Shown here in pieces: positions 1-12,176 of a DNA stretch of 64,000 bases (position 1 is its first letter; each line of letters begins with the position of its first letter). The position numbers and the translations under genes were made by a program. Source of the DNA: Ascidiella aspersa. Taxonomy: Eukaryota. The stretch lies in contig OZ004612.1 in the NCBI GenBank assembly GCA_963924565.1, forward strand, positions 12,524,001 to 12,588,000. The letters are read 5' to 3'. Below the pieces are notes generated by a model. It was not told where the DNA came from and did not search any database. It saw nothing but the letters and a program-made list of their open reading frames with translations.

Positions 1-1183
1 GTCGGCGCGCAAAAGCATTTTCCTGCAGAAGAACATTCTTTTAACCCTAATATTAATGTTTGCAAAAATCGGTAAGGTTGTAATATAAGACAAGGACGAA
101 TACTTTTATTTAAGGTGACTGTGCCCAAATTATTTGTTGAGTTTACCTGAAAAAAAAAACGCCATTTTTGCTGCCGTAATCTTTTACGTTGTAATCCAGT
201 TACCAAACAACAAAAAACAAACATAAGCAAAGTACAAAAAAAACAGTTTAAAATAAATCGATGAAAACCAATGATACGTTGCAGCTTTGCGCAGGTGTGG
301 CCAACCAGTTACCAGCAACAGTCGCATTTCCTATACTTTTTTCCTGTTAAAACTCAACGAGGCCCACCTTACACGTCGGAAATAAATATCATCTCCGCAA
401 TTGTAATGCTGAGCTAGACTAATTGGTAATGTTACACACTAATAATATTGAGTACATTAATATAACGCGAACTGTTGCTCACATTGTAGGCTTGTTAAAT
501 AATTGCCATCACGCCATAAAAAAGCTTTTGATTTTACTTCATAAAAGAGTGTCAGGATCTAAGTCAGAACCGGAAACCATTAGTAACTTAAGCAAAACAC
601 ATTTCACGCTGTTCTTTCTACAAACAAACTTAAAAACACCATGAATTTAAGAGCGGTATGAAGAGCTGAGCCGGGTCCGCAATCCTTGATAAAGCAACCA
701 CTTAAAACATGTCCGCAATATATATATTGTGTAAAATTCCTTGTTCGCGAGATCCGGGCCGGAGAGCGATGGTATAACGGCGACCGTCAGTTGAGTGGTC
801 TCACGATAGCGATTCATTTAAAATATGTCATTAGAGCGATTGCATAAATGGCGACAGCATTAAAAACAGCGACTGTTACGATATCAATTTACTGGCCGGT
901 CACAATGTGATAGGCTCACAAGGTCGTGTTTGTGTTACCTTTGTTAGATAAGTTAACTAGAGTGAATATCCTGATTGGTCGTTACATGTAAACTAAAGGG
1001 TTGGAAGTTTCTACCTTCGCTAGTGGATCAATTTTTATGTCTCTCGGTTCTATTTCTCCGTAAACCACTCTAGGCTTAGGATTAGAGCCCGAGCCCTTTT
1101 TAGCAGTGTCCTTAATTCTTGGCGTGATAAACAATATAAGAGTTAAGACAGTTATCAAAGACAAGTGAAGCATCCAACCCCAC

Positions 1184-1398
1184 CTGACTTTCTCCCTTGA
1201 TCCTTGCTTCTCTCCCTCGCGCAGGATCATGCGCACGATCTCGATGTTGCCCTCGGAGCAGGCGAAATGGAGTGACGTCATCTGGTCGTTGTCGCTGCTG
1301 TGGAGATCCGAGCCCTCGCGGATCAAACACTCGACGATGCTCTCGTGTCCGTGGGTGGCAGCCATGTGAAGAGCCGTCATTCCTTGCAGGTCAATACA
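1184..1398 (-). CDS. Ankyrin gene coding exon 6 (CIDLQGMTALHMAATHG...GSREKV)
   Basis: Acceptor ttcttctttcag at 1400-1399; two ankyrin repeats; donor AG|GTGGGG at 1183 (AAA|GTCAGG 5 nt earlier is an alternative). Confidence 0.88.
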
Positions 1399-4300
1399 CT
1401 GAAAGAAGAAGATCCATCTATTTTTTTCTCTTGTTTATCTGGCCAGTAAGAGTATAGTTATCTGAGCAAAGCTGTTCGCACAATATATGAACCAGCAAGT
1501 GAGAAACGCAGTTTCTGGCCTTTCGCAAAATGTCATTGTACTTCATTTGTTATAGTCTCACCTTCAATATAACATATATACGTATAAAAACGTTTTTGAC
1601 ATTTTGTTAAGGCAATGGGAAATTTGTTCGATTGTTTAATCTGTAAATGGCTGTAGTCATTGCTGAAAAAATTTTCATGTTTAAATATGATGTCGAAGTC
1701 GTTATCTCTAGATAAATTGTGATAAAATAAGGACTTTTTGTCTTGAAACAAAAATTCAATGTAACGCTGATCCTTCATCTAGATTTATGCATCACTTCGA
1801 CATTTAATAAAGGACCGACGACTGTCTTCATTTGGAAAGTCGTGTCGTGATCGATCACAAACTAAGAAACATGTAACAAAAATTTATCGCAATGCGGGTT
1901 GCCTCGAAGACTGTTATGTTGCAATTTCGTCTAAAAATAAGTGTTAAAGCTCAAACAAAATCTTAAACAAACCAAAAAATAATCGTGGTTGCCAAACCTC
2001 AATGGCGATGCCGCGGCATTTCAGGAGCTGGATTACGGCGTCGGTGTTTCCCTTGATGCTGGCGCAATGCAGCGGGGTCTGACCCTCGATGTCCTGTAGG
2101 TTCACGTGGGCGCCGTTCGAAGCCAGAAGCGCGATTACAATCTTTAAATTTTTAGTGATATAGTGTTGTTTGCTATGTTCAATTGAACCAGTGGTCACAC
2201 TTAAACTATAAAATGGTACACAAAGCAGCTGAGGTACACAAAGCAGCCTTATCATGTGGCACACTTAAACTATAAAATGGTACACAAAGCAGCTGAGGAA
2301 TCGGATCAGCACTCGGGACTCGCAGGGTCGATTTATTAGGTTAGAGTCCGACTTATTTATAGGTAATTGGTGATTTTTTAAATCCTATAAAGTACATTTT
2401 CTCGAAATTTAATCTGTGTAGGAGACTATACGCCCCCCTCACAAATAATCCCAATGTGCAATATATTTCAGAAACCTTTACGAAATAAACCAAGAATGTT
2501 TGGAGCTTGGAATAAATTATTTAGATTATTTAGCTTAAGGCACTCTTTATACCACATGTAAGGTATCAAAGTGCACAATTTGTAACTTATTTTAGGTTGA
2601 CATTATGATATTTCCTGTATGATCGACACAGTCAAGGCAGTGCGTCGCCCATGTATAATATAATTTAAGCCAAGTCTTATATATCAATACAGAACGAAAT
2701 TTGGCTTGTCGTGAAAGCCGTACCTTGTCCTGAGAAGCGGTGATTGCGTTTCCAAGCTCATTTTCATCATTGGCGCGACGACGTGGTCTGTACCTCGCTG
2801 CATAATGAAGAGGCGTCGAACGACTCTCCGTCTTGGCGTTCACACCTGGTGGATTAAAGTGATAAGACCTGTAGGGTTAAAACCTGTGCATCATGCGTTA
2901 ATGCATTTGATTGGCGTGTAATGCATTTGATTGGCAAAACCGGTGCAACATAAATTTAAGTTATTTTCCCTTACTTAAGCCAGTGGTTCCCATCTGGGTC
3001 GCGACCCTATGCTGGGTCACAAAATGCCTTTTATGGGGTCGCAATCACCAACCAATTCCTGCAGTTCGAATGTTTTTTTAATGGTTTCGTTTCCGAGCGC
3101 AATGAGTATATTAAAAATGTTAAAACAAATTGAAAATTTGTGCTTCAATTGTTGACTTTAAATCCATGTCTTAATCTACTTCTAAATTGGTGCACATGTG
3201 TAGCCAAAGTTTAAGGAAGCATAACAACAAATTAGAAGCAATAACAACAACAACAAAAAGTATAATCTTCACTTGTCGAAAAACAAAGTGGGGTCACATG
3301 TAAATGCTAATTTCATTTTATTTAAATTAGGGACGGTTTATGAAAAGGTTGGCAACCACTGACTATACTGTTGCTTGTTTGTGTGCGTGTTTGTCAGTCA
3401 CTTACGCAATTGGTGTGTGCATACATTCGTTTGTCATTGCATCAAAGCTTATTGGCTGACTCAATGTGAGGAGCATATCGCATTGGTAATCTTTATGAAT
3501 ATTTTTTTTGCGTATACGACCTAACATTTTTAACGAGTTTTAATTACCTATCGTTGACTTTGAAAACACCTGGCCTAAACGGCAAGTGAAGTTATTTCAA
3601 AAACTGTCTATAACAGATTTTATTGAAACCTAACCTAACAAGGTTTTTATTTGAACATATCTTGTTTTTGTAATGGCTCGAATTAAGTTTCTTGTAGATT
3701 TTAAATTCACTTTTTGTAGTTTTACATCTATAGACCAGTGCTGTTCAACCGGTGTACATGGTGCACCCAAAATTTGTTTAGGGTGCACCAGTGCAAAAAG
3801 GTATACAAGGGTGCATCACAAACTTTTTATGAACTATTTATATTTGAAATTCAGGATATAAAAGTTTGTTTGAATGGTATTTTATGACATGCAATACTAC
3901 TCGCAAGCAGCCTGCAGCCATAATCGAACTCTTATACCGACAGTGTGTAAAATTTCGGCAGCTCCCCTCGGTTTAATTGACATAATGATATTGATATGTA
4001 TAATGATTTTTCATATCGATTTTTACCTCAGTTTACCTTTTAAGTAAACAGGGTGCATGATAATATCAGAACAATTACTATAAGCGTTCACCAACTCAAA
4101 AAAGGTTGAAGAGCACTGCTATAGACTACCTGGAAACCCCCATGCCAATTTAGCATTTTTAAACAGGTAACTCGCCTGCCCCGAATTCGATGAGAAGCTT
4201 GCAGGTATCGTAGTGGTTGTGTCTAGCTGCAAGGTGAAGAGCAGTGATCCCTTCCTCGTCCGTGAACGTGTTAAGGATCCTCTTACGCTGTTGCTCCGGA

Positions 4301-6417
4301 ACAGCTTCCATCATGGATCGGAGCGTCACCTCCTCCCCGTCTCTCGCAAGCTGAAAAGAAAAAACGAGAGTTTAGGGAAATTTTGTGGGAAATAAGAGGA
4401 TATCGTCAAATATGTAAGGAGGATTTTAAACAGATCTTTTAATAATCAAGCCTTATAGTAAAACACAGAAAAGTGTTAACAAAATTTGTCCTTAAAAACA
4501 TCCGTTTCAGTTTTCTGTTTTCGCCCTGACCTAGAGTTTGAATGTGACATGTTATTGGCACAACAACACAAAAATGTATACAGAGATTCTTTATCTAAGA
4601 ACTCTCCAGGTTTGAAAAAATATAATTACAAAAAAATTGTATTTTAAAGAGATGCCTTGGCATGTTTGACTGTTAACAACAGTACATTTAACAGAAAAAT
4701 TAAGTAAACGGAACTATACCTGGTGAAGTGTAACCTTGAACACTCCCGATTGAATGGAAGTTTGCAAGTCCGAGTTGTTGAGGTACTCATCCCACTGGCT
4801 CTTCTTTCGCTGGGCTACCCGGGCGAAGTCGCTTGCGCCCCCCTCGCCGTCTGAAACCGGGCCCAGAGACTCCCCCATGGGAGGGAACTCGACCTTACGC
4901 TTTCGGACGCTTTTGTCCAGTAGCTTCCGATCCGGTCTCGAACCGCTGAAGCTCTCCTTCATGTTGCTTTGGTCTGGGCTGTTAAAGCGCGATAAGTCAA
5001 TGCAAAACGCTATACTTTTCAAACTTTCTTCAACATAAATAGATTATTTCACTTTCTAAGATACAGAGGTTGCCTCTATCGCTAATCAGGAAAAAGTTGT
5101 GCATGTCCTGTTAAAATCGTTGAACCTCAGCAGGTCTGCGGAGTCACACTCGGAACTCGACGGAGTCGGTTTGTTTTGTTGAAGTCGGACTCAAATGGTG
5201 GAATATTTTCCGTGTATTTTGGGTGGATCAGTTATATGGCACCTCCATAAGTGGATTGCTTAATATCCACCTTCGTTTTGTTACGTAAATGGTTAAAATG
5301 CTAGGTGTAGTCTCAGAGCCGGACTCGGGACTCGGCGAATTGCACATTTTAGCCGGAGTCGGACTCGGGTATTTTAAACCGACTCCGCAGCCATGAACCT
5401 CAGAAATTACGCTTTTTAACTGTTTCAGCAATTACTGATACCATTACCAAACAAATTACATTTATTAATATATACTCGGTTTATTTAAAATGTACATTCG
5501 CAAAACTGGAAGTATAGGGGTGCTGACCAAAGTTCGACGTTCACTCTTATGGGAAAGTGATTAGTTGCGCCTAAAAAGCACTTTTGGATAATATTAGGCA
5601 ATATTGATTGTTTGCAAGTATTTTTTAAATTAATTATTTACAATCCAAGCTGAAACAGCCATTGAGACATACTACTCAACGAATGTGCGTCCCATTGCAT
5701 TTCAATTTGCAATACTTAAACCAGGGGTGGACAACTTTTTAAACAGACCGGACAAATATCAGGTTCAGACCGAGAACCAAATGCATTTCTAATCTACCAA
5801 ATTCAACTTAAACGAAATTCTGGCAAGACAAAGTCCATTTTCCAGGTAGCCTAATTATTATTCAGCACTGATCGATCAAAGTATTTCGTGCATCTTTACA
5901 TATTTTAATAAAAAAGCTTACCAACGTACGTTAAAAACGCAAATTCTGCAGCCACGGGGCTGACAGGCCACATACTGGAGCAATTCTAATTTATCCACTA
6001 CTCATATTTTGTGCTTTATTCTTGCTATATATTGGCAGCTAAAAAGCTTGACCAAACGACTGTTTTTTTCACTTGTGTTATTTGAAAGGGCCAGAAACTA
6101 CTCTTCAAAGCATTCTGTGACAGATCTTAAACTAAAGCCTCTCGAGCCATATATTTTTTTCGATCTGCAGACCGCAGGTTGCAAGTCCCTGACTTGAACA
6201 ATGTGAACAAAAACTAAACTCACGTTGGTGTCTCGTAGTGGTGATAGACCGGGTCGTCTTCCGAGTTGAACTTCTTGTAGTTCTTGAGGGCCACGCTCTG
6301 CGGCGGATTGTCTTCGTGGCCAAGCCTCTTTTCCCACGGGTTCCACGGGGGCTTTTTGGCGCTGGCCCGGTTCGACCCATTACGGCGCCGCTCACTGCCA
6401 GAGCGGTCGTCCGACAT
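1184..6417 (-). CDS. TRPA1: Ankyrin-repeat protein, probably TRPA1-like channel N-terminus (5' part only, 6 coding exons; gene continues off the left edge)
   Basis: Exons 6417-6224, 4978-4720, 4350-4176, 2845-2724, 2141-1998 and 1398-1184 join in one frame. They encode a low-complexity N-terminus and tandem ankyrin repeats (TLHQLARDG, GITALHLAARHN, STPLHYAARY, GQTPLHCASIKGN, GMTALHMAATHG, QMTSLHFACSEGN). The ankyrin call is secure. TRPA identity rests on recalled motif pattern; the channel domain is not in the window. Confidence 0.62.
1998..2141 (-). CDS. Ankyrin gene coding exon 5 (IVIALLASNGAHVNLQDIEGQTPLHCASIKGN...GIAIE)
   Basis: 144 nt, phase 0-0; acceptor tttaaag, donor GAG|GTTTGG; ankyrin consensus. 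Confidence 0.88.
2196..2297. repeat. Intronic direct duplication of ~39 bp
   Basis: cacacttaaactataaaatggtacacaaagcagctgagg occurs twice, plus an extra internal ggtacacaaagcagc. Confidence 0.85.
2724..2845 (-). CDS. Ankyrin gene coding exon 4 (GVNAKTESRSTPLHYAARY...ASQDK)
   Basis: Acceptor ccaccag, donor AAG|GTACGG, phase 1-0; TPLHYAA motif. Confidence 0.85.
2981..3361. mobile_element. hAT-type MITE (degenerate)
   Basis: CAGTGGTTCCCA...TGGCAACCACTG termini, internal GGGTCGCGACCC motifs; TSD decayed. Confidence 0.7.
3736..4118. mobile_element. hAT-type MITE with perfect 8-bp TSD CTATAGAC
   Basis: TIR CAGTGCTGTTCAACC / GGTTGAAGAGCACTG; TSD on both sides. Confidence 0.9.
4176..4350 (-). CDS. 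Ankyrin gene coding exon 3 (LARDGEEVTLRSMMEAVP...GITALHLAARHNHYDTCKLLIEFGA)
   Basis: Not in the ORF track; read manually. Acceptor ttttcttttcag, 175 nt open, ankyrin repeat, ends at non-canonical GCAG|GCGAGT donor (phase 1). Confidence 0.88.
4720..4978 (-). CDS. Ankyrin gene coding exon 2 (PDQSNMKESFSGSR...KVTLHQ)
   Basis: Acceptor tttaacag (phase 2) and donor CAG|GTATAG (phase 0) both match neighbouring exons. Confidence 0.85.
5131..5395. mobile_element. hAT-type MITE (CGGAGTC subterminal-repeat family), TSD AACCTCAG
   Basis: CAGGTCTGCGGAGTC / GACTCCGCAGCCATG termini, many GGAGTCGG/GACTC repeats, perfect 8-bp TSD. Confidence 0.88.
5722..6003. mobile_element. Decayed hAT-type MITE
   Basis: CAGGGGTGGACAACTTTTT left end; weak right end; right boundary approximate. 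Confidence 0.45.
6224..6417 (-). CDS. Ankyrin gene first coding exon (MSDDRSGSERRRNG...YETPT)
   Basis: ATG in aaacaaaATG context, upstream acceptor gcatttag (exon starts 6454), donor AC|GTGAGT phase 2 matching exon 2. Confidence 0.8.
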
Positions 6418-6608
6418 TTTGTTTTGGTTAGTTTATGCTATTCTTCTCAATCAGCTAAATGCAGTTAAGAATGGAATAATCTGGTTTGATAATTTGTGCG
6501 AGAAAACGGTACCGTCATGTTGGCCTAATGTATCAATGGTCACAAACACAAACCGGTAGCTAATTTGACAAGTGGTAATCCAATAATTTAAATACAGTTA
6601 GGTAAACT

Positions 6609-6997
6609 CAATGGTTCTAAACCTTTTTTGGCTTACAGTACTCTGCAAACAACCAAAAGATTTGACGGCACCCACAGTCGAACTGAAAAAATTGTTTCTG
6701 TATTATATAAAAAAATAAATTTCAAGAGAGTTTTCGGACAAAACTAACTACAGCGCCGTATATTATCATGAATAATTTATTGAAGTTCATTTCATACAAA
6801 TTCAGTGCGAAATTTGTCCTTGAGTTTTAGCGCAAAGTCCTTTCAATGCTTGGGTGCACATTTGATAATGCTACTCCCATATCTTATTTAAAAGAAGTAA
6901 ACTTTCCCTTTTGTTTTTTTAATGATGGTCAAAAGGCACACTTGCGAAACGTAAATGGAACCCTAAGCTGCCGCGGCATCCCGGTTGAGAACTACTG
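6609..6997. mobile_element. hAT-type MITE (degenerate)
   Basis: CAATGGTTCTAAACC / GGTTGAGAACTACTG termini with GCGGCA(T/C)CC subterminal motif. Confidence 0.7.
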
Positions 6998-9585
6998 AAT
7001 TAACTGTTTATTTTGGTATTTTTTCGTTGACGTTTTTAAAAATATTCTTCCAATAATATTAACTTTTATGATATTTTTCAATAGTCCAAGGACACTCCTC
7101 CAACATCTTAGTTTTTTGCAGAACTGTTATAAACCCTGTCTTCCTTTTTCGGGACTTGAACGTGTGAAGCACCCCTGACTTAAAACAAAACGTTCAACAC
7201 CAGGTATAACTTACTTTTCACAAGTGAGCAGGATGCCAAATACAGTGGTAGATATTCCACGTCAATCCTTTGCTACCTTTATTTTAGGCTGAAACTGGAA
7301 CAAGAATAGCCTATTTGTAACACTCTACGCTTGAAAGAACTTGGAAGCGTGCCAGATTTTGCCGAATTAGCCCGATACATAGTAAGCAGGCAAAACGCAA
7401 CCTGTAAAAACATTGAGTTGTCGCAATCATTGTTTTGTCGCTGTGACTTATAAATCAAAACAACAAAAGTGCCCAGTCATGTCCGTTCTAAGCCAGGTGT
7501 GCTGTTTTCTTTAATCGATAATTAATTGATCAAAGGCCTTACAAATTTACATATTGAATGAACACAGCGTTGGTAAAACAACATTGTAATTGTTTGTTTA
7601 AGTAAAGTCCTTATTAATTTAATACTGCTGCGAAAAATATGATTCGATTTCAAACTATGCACGGCTTTTGCAAAGAAAAAGTAGCCTAATTTTTTCATGG
7701 ATACTTTTAACTTAGTATTATGTAAAAACAAACAATATCTCATTCTCGTCAAATTTATGTTTTTCTCAAACTCGTCATGACTATTGTTTTGACATCACGT
7801 GGTTTAAAGTAAAAACACATATTGAGCGAAGTTCGAACGTTACAGTAGGCCTACCTATATAATAGCATAATGACTACTGAGAGTCGACAAATTCACTTTA
7901 TGGCTTCGCATTTTACTATCGGTTTTGTTATAGTTTAAAAGCTTTACAAATTCTCAACTTGAGTCTGCTAATTTTTGATAAGATGCCTGTCGAAACATCG
8001 CAACGGCGAAATGGCCATTAATTCCACCAATTTAACATCATTTGACAGATCTGAAAAAGTGTATTGTATCTATACAATAAAATAAATTAATTCACAGCTT
8101 TCGACTGGCGTTCTACGCGGTGACGATAAATAGTAGTGGCCATTAACGATAAACATGTAGCTTACAGGTGTTCATTAGTTGCCAGGGAACGGTGGGATAT
8201 AATGAGTTGGCGCCTAGTTACAGGTGAGTATGGCCTTTTGCGCTGCGCAAATGTTCGCTACAGGTATGTGGCTTTATATTTATAAGTATATGTTACATAC
8301 ACAGTTCGTCATGCGTTCACGTTTGCGATACGACGCGTCATGCAATCTGAACATCACTGTTCGACGTTCGTACTTTATGGTTGGGAAATGCATGTCATTT
8401 GGATGATGCGATGTATATTACGAATAGCATTTATGGAACTTAACACAACAAACTGTTCGACTGATAAATGTAGACAAACTGATGGGTCGAAAAAAAACTA
8501 CCTTAGATTGCCACCTATAAATTAACAATTCTCTAATTCCCATCAGTTCCGGTGTTAACATGTCCCATTTAAGCGTGCGTTTTTCAAGCGTGTTACTCGC
8601 GTTTAGGTTGTAGCAACCTTTTCACGTTCGAGAGAGGTCGGTGCTTTAACCTCAAAGCGATTATTATGCGACAACCGAAGAACAGGTCAGCAAAAACTTC
8701 CATGGCAGATTTTGTAGGAGCAGGTTTTGTAATTTTGCATCGCCTACTGATTCACAGATGCTTGTTTATCGCCCAACAAACACGTTTTGCTCAAGGCTAT
8801 CTTGTTGCCTCAATATGCCTATTTGGCTGCCCACGCTCCTCTCAATCACGCCTTGAAAACATACGAGAGCCAATGTCTGTTCATCTGGCAAAGTACGTCG
8901 CCCATACGACCCAGCAACGTATACGTGGGTAGATAACATTTATAAGGCTTCAAATGACGTTATACTAAAGAGGTTTCTAGATTAAGAAAAAGTATATTTT
9001 ATTGTTTTCTAAGTCAGTTTGCCATTATTGGTTCCGGTTTCAGTCGGAAACAATGAGATTATCTTAAGTATAAAGTAGGTTGTTATATCTTTTATTAGTG
9101 AAAAACAAAGTTTCACACTGTAATAACCAACAAAAAACGTTTTTTTTTAATTAACCAAGTGGTGATCATGAAATTCCGTTCAAAATTGTCTGTCTAAACT
9201 GTAAGATTCATTTCCAAGTCTTACTTCTTTAGTTTAAACTGGTGTTCGTAAGTTTAGCTAACATTTTGGTAGTTCAGATATGAAGAGGAATTATTTTATG
9301 TCAAACGGAAGGACACAACATCTTTATGCATAAAAATATTTTAAAAACATTCAAAGAAACGAAGAGCTTTATGGTATTCACAGTTTTTTAGGGCCTGCCA
9401 TGTTATTTAAATACATATACGTTCTCCAACTGAATAGGGAATAACCACTTACCGAAACTGATGCCTGTCAAAGCATAAAGCGTTTACTATTTATTTCGTG
9501 TGTTTTTTTAGATTTTAAACAACATGAGCAGATCTATGTTTTTAGCGTCCTATATTGTTGATATATTTTGCTGTTGTCTTTTCAG

Positions 9586-9607
9586 CATCATCATGGCTTC
9601 GTGGGGG
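9586..9607 (+). CDS. Candidate alternative start micro-exon of the plakin-repeat gene (ATG 9593, MASWG)
   Basis: Strong acceptor ttttgctgttgtcttttcag, catcATGG Kozak context, donor GGG|GTAAAC phase 0, compatible with the 13244 exon. Confidence 0.3.
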
Positions 9608-12064
9608 GTAAACACCTGACAAGGTTCTCAGCATTGCGAGCCAGGCGACGTCTGATTAGAGTTAATTGTTTTCTTTTGCGGTCGACGACACCTCATGGCC
9701 TTGTTTAAAGTCGCCGGGCCGGTTCGATTTAATTGGCCTAAGGGCGCTCGAAAAGTCGTCCAGGCGAGTGAAACGATGGCGCCTTGCGCATCAGCTGATT
9801 AACACATCATTACTGTTTTAATATCGCTTCAGTTCCAGGCAGTAAAGCTGTAAAATCGTTTTGTCGAAAGGTTGTATGACTATATGCGAATTTGGAGACT
9901 TTTTTCTTACGTAAAACCATGAAAGTGTGTGTCGCAGGAGAAGTAATGGTTTGAAATATGTGGCAACCAAATATATGAGGTTTGATATCGCAATTGGTTT
10001 ATGGAAAACAATATATGATTACTAAAATATTATTTTTTAAATAATGCATAAAAAGTCACCAGTCGTTATAAACAGTCGCCAGCGAAAGTATTAGAAAATA
10101 TCTGATAAAGGAATCTTTGTCGATTTACCTTCCCATATTTAACTTAAATATTAAAAATCCACTATAGAAAGTGTCTTTGATGTTAAACGAAATCGCCCAG
10201 TGGTCTTTCAAATCGATTTTACGCATGATGATCTGAACTGTTTTACGTAAGATGACTTGACTTTGTTTTAACTGCACGACGATCTCTCAAAAACCCACAC
10301 TGATAACACCGACCCCTGTTATTTATTGTTTCTGTTTGTTGCTTGTCAGAAATAGAAGTGATGAAGGGCCGTTTCAAACTCGATAAATAAACTGTCGAGG
10401 GCTGTTAGCTGGTGCGCAAATCATCTAAGAGTTGCGAAACGAGGTAAAATCGTTTTTGACGTGTCGCCAACAATCGTTTGTGACTAAATCTTTTACGAAA
10501 AGTTTTGTTTTGATATACTGCTGTTTAAGTGCTGCTGCCAAGTAGGCCATCAATAAAGTGACCTTTATTGTGTAGTAAAGCATCTCGGATACTTCCGAGT
10601 AAAATGCTTCAGAAACTGTTTCAGTCGTATAGAATTGCAAAGCGTGAACGCATTTATCTAGGCCAGATCTCTGGTGAAATAAACAAATTTAGTTGAACAT
10701 AGGATAACACACGTGCTGACTGTTTTTACTGATCCTAATAGAGTATTTCAGTTTGTATTGAGATTGCGGTGAAGTGAGTTTGCCAAGTCTCAACTTATCA
10801 TTTTGTTGTTTCGTTACAAAGCCGGACGTGTATTCCCCATAATGACCACTGAGTGGAACGAATAATGAACACTGAGTGGAATTACCGTAAGACCCGCAGT
10901 TACGTGTAATTAGTTACTGGTCGCACGTAGAAAACCACCATTTACCGAAACGGAGCTGTTTGACGATAGGTTCAGCTGCATTTAACCTCGTGATTACATG
11001 CTATCATATCGTAGCACATTTCGTAGCCTTAAAACATTGAGAACTTGATAGTGGGAGGTAATCATAGGCTGAATCATGATGGTTGTTCGATTTTCCTTAC
11101 CGAACTGCTGGTTAGAGAATGATTGTAGAGAAGAGACTATACTGAGTGAAATGCTGAATAGCACACTTTTTTATGAATATTGACTTGCACAACTGTATAG
11201 GAAAGCGATTATAAGAACTTGGATTTTAAAAGGTGGCAAATTTCTGTTATATACAGAGACAGGCTTTTTGCGCAGTGTGAAAATGCATAGATGAAGATTA
11301 TAGAAAAATAATATCAAAAATGAGGATTATTAATAGCTACTAGGTGTTAAAAAATTTCGAGTTTGATGATATATACTCGGTTTTCGCAAAGGCTTGTTAG
11401 GGTATTTCAGGATTCCTTACTTTCTGACTCCTGTTAGAAATTAATACGATAAAAACCTTGATATACAGCGAATTACAGGTTTCAGCTGGACGATGCCATG
11501 ATGCAGTCACTAAATTGCATGAAATAATGCTTTGCAGAGTGGGAGAAATTGGTCGACAAGTAGAAAAGATCCACTTGTTAGACGCTGTCCCATAACATTT
11601 TACATTTGCCCTGTTGTAAAATTATAACAGGCGAAATGTTTCTTTACTATAGCAAGAAAAAAAAGTTCTACTACTTACACAATATACTTTAAGTTACCAT
11701 GCCGTTTGTGTGTTTTTGAGTTGTTAGATATTGAATATAAGTAAAAAGTGTGTTTGTTGAGGACATTGACAGGTGTTTATTGCGATTCTCGTCAATACTT
11801 ATAAATGGTCAGACAAGACACACTTTGCAGAATGTATCCTTCCTTAATTTGGAAATAATGATAATATTTTTGTGCTTTACAGGTCGCTTAAGGTTAAGTT
11901 TTCCCGAAAAACGATAACTTTCATGCTGAAATATGCATTCTGCCTGACTGAAAGATTACATTAGTTCAGTCGCTTAAGGCTAAAAGTGTCCGATCGGAAT
12001 CTTGCAAACTGCAAAAACTGTTTTGAGATATAAAACAAATCGAGGCAACGAAAAGCCTCCCAAG

Positions 12065-12176
12065 ATGGCCATCGCAATGTCGCCAGGAATTCTGGCCGCC
12101 GTTGTAATTCTTTCCGTGGAGCTTGTGGTTATCATCACTGTCATTGCCTACCTTCTGTGGCGAAGTCATCACATGC
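12065..12176 (+). CDS. Plakin-repeat gene exon 1: N-terminal transmembrane/signal-anchor helix
   Basis: MAIAMSPGILAAVVILSVELVVIITVIAYLLWRSHHM; ~24 mostly hydrophobic residues; donor C|GTAAGA phase 1. Confidence 0.7.

Noticed and set aside
1197-6559. Plus-strand ORFs overlapping ankyrin exons (1197-1457, 4213-4395, 4754-5038, 6238-6559)
   Set aside because: Antisense shadows of the minus-strand gene.
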